A stretch of DNA of 64,000 bases from Rebecca billardiae RCC1528. Lineage: Eukaryota > Protista > Haptophyta. Below, one piece after another: positions 24,376-34,291 of this stretch (position 1 is its first letter; each line of letters starts with the position of its first letter). The notes beneath the pieces were generated by a model. It was not told the DNA's origin and made no database searches. It worked only from the letters and a program-made list of their open reading frames with translations. The stretch lies in assembly GCA_965240325.2 (NCBI GenBank), contig OZ251223.1, forward strand, positions 1,550,001-1,614,000, written 5' to 3'. The translations under genes were made by a program, and so were the position numbers.

Positions 24376-26457
24376 CTAGGGGCTGCTCAGCCGCCGAATG
24401 GCCTCGGCGGCAGCGCCAGTCGGATCTGCGCGCCAGCGCTCTTCTTGCATGAGGGTGGCGAAGAGCGCAGCGACCTGATTCTGCAAGTCCGGGGGAGCCG
24501 CTGTGGCCGCGGAGGCGGTGCCGGATGCCGCGCGCGCCGCGGGGGCAGGCGCTGCTGAAGCATTCGCAGCCTCGATGGTCGAGCCGCCACTCGACGGGCC
24601 CGCGTGGGCGGGGGCAGAGGCCCGGGCTTGCACGGCGCGCGCCTCGCCATCCGAGCCGCCCCCTTCGCCCTCCGGCTGCAGGGCGAGGCGCACGTCGAGC
24701 AAGTATGCATCGAGCAGCGTGCGCGACTGGCGAAACAGCTGCGTAGACTGCCACGTGCCGCCCGACAGCTCGACGCGCAGGCGGAGCAGCTCGCAGCCGT
24801 CGAGGGGATGCGTCGCGCTGCGCTGGCCGCGGGCGTCCGCTGCCGCGAGTGCGCGCTCGAGGCTCACCGGTGCGTCCGTCGGCGCGCCGAGGGTCCGCCA
24901 CGAAGCCCCGTCGTCGCGGCTGACACGCCAGCGCACGCGCGCGCCGTCGGCGTGCAACGAGTGTGTGAGCAGCGCGCTGCCGCCGACGATGCGCGTGCCC
25001 GGCTGTGCGAGGAAGCGCCACTCTCCCGAGGCGTCGCGCTCGCCGTCCTCGCGCGCGAGGTACACCATGTTCCAGTCCTCCTCCTCCGCCCGCCGCATGT
25101 TGTCCGACGTGGCCATCCCCGCTCGCCAGCCGCGGACCGCGGCGGGCCGCTTGCGCGCGGGCGTGTCATCCGTGCCGCCGACGTAGTATGCATCTCGCTG
25201 CGCGCTGTATCGCACACGCCACTTGCGCACGCCGGGCTCGAGGGCGACTGACCACACGAACGGCTCGCCGGTCGCTGCGCCACCTGCGGGAGCAGTCGCG
25301 CACAGGGCCCCCGCCCCGCCGCCGCGCGCGGCCTCGCTGTCGCACGGTGCATCCGCGCCGCCGCCATCGCCGATCTCGCCTCGCGCCCGCCGCCACTCGA
25401 CCGAGCCCGTCTGGCGACCGTCGAGCTCGGCGGGGCGGGACGTGCGCGGCTGGGCCGGGCGGGCGAGCTCCTGCGCCTCGGACTCCCGCCGGGCGGCACA
25501 CGCGCGCTGCGCGCCAGGCGACACTGCGGCGCGGCGGCGCTCGTCCAGCACCGCGAGCCGCGCTGCCACCCACGCCTCTGATGCGAGCGAGCGCCGCGCG
25601 AGCACGGCTGCGTGTGCGTCCGAGGTGACGTAGCGGTGGACGACGTCGACGGCCTCTCCCGGTCCGAACGCGAAGATGTACGTCAGCTTCTTCTTCCACC
25701 CCGTGCAGTACATGAGCGGCGCGTCCAGCCGGTTCTCGCACGAGTCGGCGTGCAGCCAGCGGCCGCGCTGCTCACTCCAGACCTCAGTCCACACGTGGTC
25801 GGTCATGTCGAGCACGTAGCGCGCGGTGAAGCCGAGCGCGCGGCAGAAGAGGGTGAAGGCGTTCGCCCACTCCCCACAGCGCCCACGCCGAGTCCGCAGC
25901 AGCCGCCGCGCGTCGTTGTACCGCGGGAAGCGCGTGTGCGCCGAGCATGCCTTGCAGCGGTAGAGCTCCACACGAGCCGCGCCGCCCGCGCGGTCATCGG
26001 CGGTGGGAGCGGCCATGCCGACAGAGCGCGTGGCCCCACCGCAGGCGTCGCACTTGGGCGAGTTGACCCACGAGAAGAACTCGAACTTGAACCACGCCAG
26101 CAGCTGACGGAGCAGGCCGTCGCGCTCGTCGTCGACGAGGCCGTCTGCGCGCACCGTGCCGTTGGCGGCCTCGCGCCGCTCGTGCAGCGTGTCGAGCGGG
26201 ACGAGCGCGCGCGCCTCTGCGCGCAGATTCGGGTCGTCCAGCCGGTCGGAAGTCGCGCAGCCGCCGCGCAGGCTGCCCTCCAAGCGCAGCAGGCCCTCGA
26301 AGGGCGCCCCGAGAGAGGTCGACATCGGCTTGCGCGCTGGGCCGCCGGACAATGACGTGAAGGACCGGACTTTGCATTGCAATCTCAATTTTTTCGACGC
26401 CATGCCCGGTCTTCCCGTCCTCGACCGCCCTTTGCCGGAATTCACGGTGCAGTGCAT
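24376..26457 (-). CDS. PNG1: Peptide:N-glycanase (PNGase/NGLY1) with PAW-like C-terminal domain; start codon uncertain (26325/26403/26457)
   Basis: FFSWVNSPKCDAC, VELYRCKAC, RFPRYND, RRGRCGEWAN, DHVWTEV, HADSCE; C-terminal EEDWNMVYLAR, WQSTQLFRQ. Confidence 0.93.
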   Translation of the reverse strand: MHCTVNSGKGRSRTGRPGMASKKLRLQCKVRSFTSLSGGPARKPMSTSLGAPFEGLLRLEGSLRGGCATSDRLDDPNLRAEARALVPLDTLHERREAANGTVRADGLVDDERDGLLRQLLAWFKFEFFSWVNSPKCDACGGATRSVGMAAPTADDRAGGAARVELYRCKACSAHTRFPRYNDARRLLRTRRGRCGEWANAFTLFCRALGFTARYVLDMTDHVWTEVWSEQRGRWLHADSCENRLDAPLMYCTGWKKKLTYIFAFGPGEAVDVVHRYVTSDAHAAVLARRSLASEAWVAARLAVLDERRRAAVSPGAQRACAARRESEAQELARPAQPRTSRPAELDGRQTGSVEWRRARGEIGDGGGADAPCDSEAARGGGAGALCATAPAGGAATGEPFVWSVALEPGVRKWRVRYSAQRDAYYVGGTDDTPARKRPAAVRGWRAGMATSDNMRRAEEEDWNMVYLAREDGERDASGEWRFLAQPGTRIVGGSALLTHSLHADGARVRWRVSRDDGASWRTLGAPTDAPVSLERALAAADARGQRSATHPLDGCELLRLRVELSGGTWQSTQLFRQSRTLLDAYLLDVRLALQPEGEGGGSDGEARAVQARASAPAHAGPSSGGSTIEAANASAAPAPAARAASGTASAATAAPPDLQNQVAALFATLMQEERWRADPTGAAAEAIRRLSSP

Positions 26458-26637
26458 GGTGTCGTCTGTCGACTGGCAAGGCGTGAGCCAGCCAAAGCAG
26501 AGCCATGCGACGCTGCCGTGAGTGAGCGCGCAGGCCGTCGCAGGGAATCCGCCCGTCCGCTGTCAAGGATCGCCCGGACTTCAGCAAGGATACGATTAGT
26601 AGCAGCCTCTCGTCGGGTCCTACTACTCGGTCGTACG

Positions 26638-27396
26638 TCAGACTGGTGACCAATCGTCATCGTTATCGAGCTCGTCATCATCCGGCATCAGCTGATGACT
26701 TGGGTCGCCGACGAGCAAATTGCGCTCGCGCGCGAATCGGACGAGCTGCAATTGAAAGCCCTGCACGCGGCCAGCGACGGCAGGGCAGGTGTGCGCGTCA
26801 GTCGCGCAGTGGTGCGTGTGTACGCGCGGGAAGGCGCGGCCGCGGCTCACCTGGTTCCAGCACACAGGCCCACGCTGTTGGAGGCAGTGGCGCGTTGCTG
26901 TGAGCAAGTCCATATTCTCCGTCGCCATGAGCAGGGCGATGGCCATAGCGCCGCTGCGATTGATGCCTGCCATGCAGTGGATGAAGAGCTTTCCGCCCGC
27001 TCGTCGGCAATCCTGCCAGTACTGAAAGCACTCGTCAAAGTGCTGCTGGATGAGGTCGTACGATGAGTCGTCCTCAGCCGAGATGGCGTGGTACGCGAAG
27101 ACGTCGCCATAGAACGCCGGGCCGGTCTGCACCGCGAGAGTCCCCGCTCCGGCGGCCATGTTTAGGATGTGCGTGATCCCGCGCTCCTGCAGCCGCGCCA
27201 CATCGCGCGCCTCCTGCTGCGCGCCCAGGAGGAGGTCTGGTCGGATCTCGCATGGCAGCAACTTGAAGGGGAGCGCCCCCCTGATCATGGTCTCCATGAC
27301 GCGCGCCCATTGCGTATCGGCAGAGACCGGCTCGCTCTCAGGCAGTCTCATGGGCGGGGCCGACGCCCGCACAATCGGGAAGGAGTACGTTGTCAT
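26638..27396 (-). CDS. Dual-specificity protein phosphatase; probable intron near 26764-26850
   Basis: LLLG, GITHILNMA, AEDD, catalytic IHCMAGINRSG, N.GFQLQL. Confidence 0.92.
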   Translation of the reverse strand: MTTYSFPIVRASAPPMRLPESEPVSADTQWARVMETMIRGALPFKLLPCEIRPDLLLGAQQEARDVARLQERGITHILNMAAGAGTLAVQTGPAFYGDVFAYHAISAEDDSSYDLIQQHFDECFQYWQDCRRAGGKLFIHCMAGINRSGAMAIALLMATENMDLLTATRHCLQQRGPVCWNQVSRGRAFPRVHTHHCATDAHTCPAVAGRVQGFQLQLVRFARERNLLVGDPSHQLMPDDDELDNDDDWSPV

Positions 27397-27676
27397 GATG
27401 GGCGGTGACGACTGACGACAACGCCAACGCCTGGGCCGGCCTGGACCGTCATGGACTTGTCACGCAGGAAGGGGAGGGGCGCCCCGCGCAGCACTCATTG
27501 CAAATGATTTCGTCATCACGAACGGCGAGCGTGGCACCTGAACAGCTTTGATGCGAGATCGGTTCCGAGCTCGACTCGGCGGCGTCTCGGCGATTCTGAA
27601 AAATCCAATAATGCGCATCGGCGCGCCTGGTTTGGTTTTCGAATAAAAGATTTGCTGCGTGTGCGTCACTCGCCCG

Positions 27677-29575
27677 ATGGCGCCGGCGGCTTGCGTTGAC
27701 GGCGCACGCTCGCCGGTTCGCCGAAGGACGAGGTGGCTTGGCGCGCTATGGGTTGCGCTCGCACTCGTTGCGTGCGCGTACCTCCTGACAGACTCGGGCT
27801 CAGTGGTCCTGCCTGCGCGCAGGCGGCGGTCATCTCGGCGTGAGCGGCACCGCAGGGGACGATCCGACGAGCCAGTAGCTGCCGAGAATCCGGCGGAGCT
27901 GGAAGCGTCCACGGCCGCCAGCGAGCCCTCAGAGCACGGGTCGGAAGCGCACGCTCCCCCCCCGAGTGCGAGGCCCTCTCCGCACCCGCCTCCTCCACCC
28001 TCTTCTCCGCAGCTGCCTCCGCCCATCCCTGCTCCCAGTATGCCTCCACCGACCGCACCTCCCACGCCGCCGCCGCCGCCACCGCCGGCCAACCCGCCGC
28101 CACCGCCGCCCAGCCCGCTCGCGCCTCCACCGCCATCGCCGCCCGCACCGCCGCCCCCGATCCAGGCCGAGGCGGACTGGATGCGCAGCTGGACGCGCCG
28201 GCTGCACGTGCTGGGAGAGTTTGCGGCCGAGCGCGCCAAGTACGAGGCCGCCGCCGAGGTGGGCCACGCAGGCAACGACAACCCGCGCTATCCGGGAGGC
28301 TCGATCTGCCCGAGCGGCTCGCTCGACAACGCGATCCATCGCGACTTCGACTCGACGCCGGCGTGCTCACAGGTGTGCGTCTACCCGAAGGTGCTCGAGG
28401 AGTTCATGCAGGCGGGCGGTTTCGTCGGCGGCACGTGCGCCGAGCACGACTGCACGCGCCCGCTGGAGAGCGCGTGGGTGGACAACGTGCTCCTCTTCGT
28501 GTTTGCGTGCGAGAGCCACGCCGAGCAGACGGTCCGCGCGATGACCCGGCTGAGCGCGCGCTGCATCGACACGCCGCGCGCGGTCGGGTGCGCCGCGGAG
28601 CGCGAGCTGGTCTACCAGCAGTACGTGGACGCGGTGCGCGAGAGTCGCGCCGACGGGCCGGCCGGGAACGCGACGGGGAGCGAGTCCGACGCCATGCTCG
28701 CTCGTCCGACCGCCATGCTCGACTGGGTCGAGATCGCGGTGCTTGCTACGGCGGGCGCCGCGCTCGTGGTCGCGCTCGGCGTGCTGCTGTGCGCGCGCGC
28801 CCTGCTGCGCGCTCGGCCCGACCTCCTGCGCTCGCCCTTCCCAGCGCTCGTCATGGGCAAGGAGTGGGCGGTGCTGCGCAACGACGTGTTTCAAGGCGTG
28901 CGCGTCGCCCAGATTGTGCAGCCCCCGCCAGGTCTCGCCGCCGGGACGCGCATCGTCGTGACGACGGATGGGCAAGTGCTCGCGTGGGATGGCTCGAACC
29001 GGCCGGCCGCGGATGGGACGCCGGAGCGGGGTGACAGCAGCGCCGCAGCTGGGCGAAGGAGCGCGAAGGGCAGCACGGCGCAGAAAGGTGGGAGCTTCAA
29101 GCCCACCACGAAGGGCGGAGCTGCGTCGGGCTCCGGCCGCGGGACCAAGCCCAAGTCCGCCCGCGGCCGGAAGCCATCGGTGGGCAGCCACGATGGCAGC
29201 AGCGCTCGTGGCGCCAGCGGTTGTCAGGATCGCGGCCCCGCAGGCTCGCCCGGCGAGGGTGTCGACGACGAGCTTCCACGGACGACCGCTGCTGCTGCTG
29301 CTGCTGCGCACGGCGAGTCTTCAGCAGCCCTCGGCGCTCGTGAGCCGATGCGTCCCCGCGACGCGCCGTTGCCATCGCCCCCATCCGCTTTGCGCGCCCC
29401 TGCTCGGCGCGACCCATACCCGACGCTGCCTGGTGACTACTTTGGCACCGTGGGGTACGGCGCCAGCGGAGCCTTCAGTGCGCCGGGCTCCGCTCCAAGA
29501 GGCTTGACGCCACGGCACTACGCTACATACGACCCTGGGCAAGGCAACCGCAGCCGCCACGGCATGACTTCGTGA
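27677..29575 (+). CDS. Proline-rich membrane protein with a Cys-rich extracellular segment
   Basis: N-terminal hydrophobic helix; poly-Pro PPPSPP linker; Cys-rich block (ICPSG..ACSQVC..GTCAEHDC); second TM; disordered tail. Confidence 0.65.
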   Translation: MAPAACVDGARSPVRRRTRWLGALWVALALVACAYLLTDSGSVVLPARRRRSSRRERHRRGRSDEPVAAENPAELEASTAASEPSEHGSEAHAPPPSARPSPHPPPPPSSPQLPPPIPAPSMPPPTAPPTPPPPPPPANPPPPPPSPLAPPPPSPPAPPPPIQAEADWMRSWTRRLHVLGEFAAERAKYEAAAEVGHAGNDNPRYPGGSICPSGSLDNAIHRDFDSTPACSQVCVYPKVLEEFMQAGGFVGGTCAEHDCTRPLESAWVDNVLLFVFACESHAEQTVRAMTRLSARCIDTPRAVGCAAERELVYQQYVDAVRESRADGPAGNATGSESDAMLARPTAMLDWVEIAVLATAGAALVVALGVLLCARALLRARPDLLRSPFPALVMGKEWAVLRNDVFQGVRVAQIVQPPPGLAAGTRIVVTTDGQVLAWDGSNRPAADGTPERGDSSAAAGRRSAKGSTAQKGGSFKPTTKGGAASGSGRGTKPKSARGRKPSVGSHDGSSARGASGCQDRGPAGSPGEGVDDELPRTTAAAAAAAHGESSAALGAREPMRPRDAPLPSPPSALRAPARRDPYPTLPGDYFGTVGYGASGAFSAPGSAPRGLTPRHYATYDPGQGNRSRHGMTS

Positions 29576-29620
29576 GCGGCAGCGATGAGCGAATCGGCGA
29601 TGTCTAAAACTTGACTATAA

Positions 29621-29622
<2 letters not shown>

Positions 29623-29702
<80 letters not shown>
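29623..29702. repeat. (AT)n microsatellite
   Basis: About 80 bp of perfect AT dinucleotide. Confidence 0.98.
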
Positions 29703-29706
<4 letters not shown>

Positions 29707-31697
29707 CCGTATCCGTAGCCGAGTCGGGCCCGCCTCAGGCTCAGCTTGAGCTGGCACGGCTCACGGAGCACTTCTGACTGGCAGGCACGGAATCAGGTCA
29801 ACACAGTACGGTAGTAGTACAGCCTAGTGTACTGGCAGTCAGACGCTAGTAGTGCCAGTCAGTGCTGACCCCGCCGCAGTATGAGTACTTGAGAGTTGAG
29901 TAGGCTTCTGCGTGCGTGACTCTCGGCTTCAATTGCTTCAAAGCCAAAGGCAGAGAGTACGGAATGCGGTCAAGCCGGCGCAAGGGCGCAAGGCACGGCA
30001 TCGCGCGGGCATTCGTGAGAATCCGGGTGATGTCTGACGTGACTCAGTAGACGACCTTAAGGGCGTAACTGCAGCCGTGAGAGTCTCGGCTGCTAAGACT
30101 TTACGGTATGATTCACTATTTAGTATATATATAGCTAATAACTGCTTCGAGACTTCAATACGAGACCGTCGAGTGTACGGCATCATCGACATCATGACCT
30201 TTGAATATACGGCGATTATTATAATGATTCACCAGACAATGATCGTTCAGTAATGTCAGCCGATCGTCTCCGCGATATCCGGGATTTCGTCCGAATGACG
30301 GTCGGCCGTATTCAGAGCGGCGACGATAAATTCCTACGGACCGTATGAAGTCTCGACACGCGCGGCGCCGCAGCACAGGCGACTTGCACCGGGGTCCGTG
30401 CCCGGCGCTGCGGACACGGGACAGCTGGAGCATCGTCCTCATGATCGCCACGCTGACAATGCTGTGTACATATATTCGCGGGACTCTGTTTGTATAAGCC
30501 CGAGACATCCTGTGACCTGTGATCGGTCACCCGTCCAGCCGTCCTCACGGTTATGATCAGACTCGGACTCGACTGGCTTAAGTACTACGTCAGCGCGCAT
30601 GTCAGTCAACAACAACGTGGAATGGAACATCAACGGGCAGGCGTGAGTGGCAGAGCACACATCTTAGGTTGCTCCCCTCTTCTGTCCATCCTGTTCCCGA
30701 TGCCCGCGCACCATCCCACTGTCCTGGCCGATCCGCGTCAGACTGTGTCACTCTACCGGGTATCCTACTATCCTTGTTACAGCGAGTGACGGCGGCATCG
30801 GGAGGCTGGAGCCTCGAGGAGGTGCCAGAGTTGTACGCCCGGGGCGGTGGACCCGGGGTCATGTGGAAGGAAGCCTGCTGCTCTATCCCCTGCAACGTAC
30901 GACATTCACATTGCCGTCGGCTGGTGAGTCATGAGTGGCGTGCGTGAAGTTATTCCGAGCACCTTTGAAGATACCACACTTGTCTTTAGTTGGTTCAAGC
31001 GGCGGTTGACGTCAAATGACGTGAGTAACTGTATTAGGTCCATTGACTCAGATGAGTGGGTGCGATGAATAGGCTGTTCAGAATTGCCTTCGATGATGTT
31101 GGTCCCAGACCCCACTAGCAAACCAGCCGCTACTTTTAGGACACCAACATGATGAGAAGTTTCATCGACTTCGACATGACTGATGTTCTCCCATCGTCGT
31201 CGTCGGTCGGGAGGAGGTGCGAACTCTCAAAGAACTCGTCAGTTCGGGTCAATCGACAGACACACTTGCGGGTAAAGACCAGAAGAGGTGCGATAGTGAT
31301 GTTGAACAGCCTATCTAACTGTGCTGTCCTGAATTCCCCTCACGCGGGTGCCGAGGCGTCGCGATACCACTGAGAATCCGGGCGCGCCCTAGGGAAGGTG
31401 GATATGCTGGGTAAGGACTTCGATGGACCGAGTCTGATTTGTAATTGACTGCCCTCATCATGTGGGTAAGTCCGTATCGGGCCTGTGACGTAACACGACT
31501 AACGCCGACAACATGGCGAGCTCTGATTGGTCGCTGCTTTGACCTGCTGAGCGCAGGAGCTGCCACGAAGGTGTGGAGGCGAACAACGCCCCACTGTGCA
31601 GTGACTTCCACACGACCTGAGACGGCGATCTACACCAACCTCCCGACCGCGCGCTCTCGAGGCGCGCGCGCAGACTGCAACCACGGCGGGTCCAAGG

Positions 31698-32516
31698 ATG
31701 CGCGCGAACACACGACCGGGCCCGCGCTGGAGCGGTGCCCCGGAGATCAAGACCGAGTTGGAGCTCTCGTTCGCCAAATCGAAGTACCCCACGCTGAACG
31801 AGCGCGAACGCCTCGCCGACCTCGCAGGCGTAACAGAGGCAAAGGTGCGCGTGTGGTTTCAGAACCGGCGCGCAAAGACGCGCGCGGCGGAGAGTGCGGC
31901 CCGGGAGGAGGCGGAGCGCCAGGCCCTGAGCGCCAGCCCGGACTCGACCGACGAGGAGCGCGCGGAGCCGGCGCCCGCATCAAGCATGCTCCCGCTCTTC
32001 CCGGCGCACATGATGGCGGCGGCGCACCTGATGCCCAACATGGCGCTCGCGGCGCAGGCTGCACAGGCTGCGCAGGCGGCGCAGGCAGCGCAGGCGGCGC
32101 AGGCGGGGCTTCTGTCCCTCGGAACACCTGGCGTATCCTCGGCCGCCGCGCTTCTCTCCGGAGTGCCATTCCAGCCGATGCGAGGCGGCGCAAGGGACTC
32201 GGACGGCCATGCCTCCGGCTCTCCGACTTCCTCGCTGCCCGACCCGCAGTGGATGCGCGCCGGCTTCGACCTGAGTGCTGCGGCACCGTTGCTGACGCAT
32301 TCAGCGGCGCTCCTCGGCACGCTCCCCCACATGCCGCTCATGTCGGCCATGCATGCCATGCCATGCATGCCGTGCATGCCAACGGCCAACTTGGCTTCCA
32401 TGCCGTCTGGGTCCCAGCTTGGCGTCAGCTCAGCTGGGACGCAGGGCGTCGCACAGCAGGACGATCTCGTCGCGGTCGCCGGCGACGACGGCAGCGGAGG
32501 CAAGGACTACGACTAG
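31698..32516 (+). CDS. Homeodomain transcription factor (non-TALE, Q50)
   Basis: PRW..ELELSFAKSKYPTLNERERLADLAGVTEAKVRVWFQNRRAKTR; Ala/Gln (AAQ)n and Met/Pro-rich tail. Confidence 0.92.
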   Translation: MRANTRPGPRWSGAPEIKTELELSFAKSKYPTLNERERLADLAGVTEAKVRVWFQNRRAKTRAAESAAREEAERQALSASPDSTDEERAEPAPASSMLPLFPAHMMAAAHLMPNMALAAQAAQAAQAAQAAQAAQAGLLSLGTPGVSSAAALLSGVPFQPMRGGARDSDGHASGSPTSSLPDPQWMRAGFDLSAAAPLLTHSAALLGTLPHMPLMSAMHAMPCMPCMPTANLASMPSGSQLGVSSAGTQGVAQQDDLVAVAGDDGSGGKDYD

Positions 32517-33136
32517 AGCCACCAGTGCGCGCCGCTCTTATACTATTCGTCGCAATCACACCTCGTGCTCAATTCCACCAGGTACCATCGCGTACTGCCC
32601 ACTGTGACCGACGGTCCATCGCCGCGCAGCGCGCGTGGCAGCACACTAGCCGACGCGCATGAGCCCTGTCGGAGGCTCAGGTTGCCGATCAAACGCACAC
32701 GTGGCCAACGACCTGACGCAGATGCCAGGTCTCATCACGTGCCTCCGAGTCACACGAGTCACGACTGGCCAAGGCCGTACCAGTCGGACCGGAGCACTGC
32801 GGCCCAGCGTCAGCGTCAGAGCGTGACTCATCCGAGTCATGGCAGCACACAATCCGATTGACAGTGTATGCGTGTCTGCCAACTACGGCGTCCATACTGT
32901 ACATCATAGCAGTAGAACGCGCACTAGTGATGTGATGCAGCCTACTTGGCTACTAGTCCCCACGCTCCGCCGCGCGGGCGGCGGCACCGGTCGGCGTAAC
33001 GCGGCCGTCGCGGGGCCAACGGGCGGCGGTAACTTCGGATGAGCTCCGAAGGCATCATCATCATGATGTTATCAGGCAGACCGCAGAGTAATTGACGACG
33101 AATTTGACGACCCGCTGTCCCGTATTGGCCGGGTCG

Positions 33137-34162
33137 TCAGCCGATGACCTCGTCGACGTTGTCAAATGGGCAGCTCTTGTACTTCTGCCCGTCGGCCTTC
33201 AGCGCTGATCGCACCTCGTGCTCAAGTCGGATGATGGCACCGGCGGCCGGATCAGCCGGATCCACCACGTCGAGCACGCGGAACATGCACTGGTCGACGG
33301 CCTCCTCAACAGTGTACGCCCGACGCGAGAAGCGGTGATTTACGAAGACGCAGCCAAGCTCCTCGGCGCGCGAAAATGCGTCGCGCAAGTTCCGGACGTA
33401 CAGGCTGACGTGGACGCCGTCGTTAATCGGCTGCCCGTCCTCGTCGGCCCGCAGCTCCTCGTGGTGCACGGGAGCGTCGGCCGCAGGCGGCTGGCGCTTG
33501 AACGTGAGCGTCTGCCCGGCGCTGCCTGTGCGCAGCCGCACCATGTCGGCCGTCTGCTCGGCGAGTGCACACCCCAGCACCTCTGTGTAGAAGCGCGCGA
33601 GCCCTTCAAGCCGCGCGTCGGAGGGCACCGTGAGGCACAGGTCGGTGATGGCGGAGGGCAGCGAGTCTGGGCCTGGCTGCCGACCGCGTCGATCGCGTGC
33701 ATCGCGCGCCTCGTGCAGACGGAAGAGCGTGCCCCACGGGTCATTCACCAGCAGCTCGCCAGGCGCCGACTCTCGCCACGCGAATCGCGTGCCGCTCAGC
33801 ACAGCGGGCGGGCTAGCGAGGCGGACGCGCACGTCGTCGAGACTGTCGTACGCGACGGAGACCACGCCGTCGAGCACTTGAGCGCGCGCCCCTTCCGAGA
33901 GGTGCACCTGGTGGATCCCCAAGTTGGCCCAGACGGTACTGCGACCCTTCTCCAGATTCGCCGCCTTCCGCGGATCCGGCGCAGCACCCAGCACGTCGAA
34001 GTAGAACGCGCGCACGAGATCGTGGCGGCCGCGCTCGTGATTCAGATTGAGGTGGTCGAGGACGAGCACGTTATTGGCGAGCGAAGCGGAGACCACCCGA
34101 CTGCCCCCCGGCGCCGACCGCAACGTGGCCGACGAGGCGAGGGCGAGCGCGGCGAGCATCAT
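33137..34162 (-). CDS. VOC/glyoxalase-like protein, probably plastid-targeted
   Basis: Signal-like MMLAALALASSA; LDHLNLN..AFYFDVLG..WANLGIHQVHL..DPWG; second repeat LARFYTEVLG..GVHVSLYV..LEHEVRS. Confidence 0.72.
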   Translation of the reverse strand: MMLAALALASSATLRSAPGGSRVVSASLANNVLVLDHLNLNHERGRHDLVRAFYFDVLGAAPDPRKAANLEKGRSTVWANLGIHQVHLSEGARAQVLDGVVSVAYDSLDDVRVRLASPPAVLSGTRFAWRESAPGELLVNDPWGTLFRLHEARDARDRRGRQPGPDSLPSAITDLCLTVPSDARLEGLARFYTEVLGCALAEQTADMVRLRTGSAGQTLTFKRQPPAADAPVHHEELRADEDGQPINDGVHVSLYVRNLRDAFSRAEELGCVFVNHRFSRRAYTVEEAVDQCMFRVLDVVDPADPAAGAIIRLEHEVRSALKADGQKYKSCPFDNVDEVIG

Positions 34163-34291
34163 GATGATGCACACGCAGTGCCGCGCGTCCGGCGGCGGGC
34201 CAACGGGGTGCGCCGGACCTGTCCGGTTGCACTGTTGCAGGGCGCGGGTTGTCGAACGAACGTGGCCTGGATCCGTGACGGCTGGATCCTG

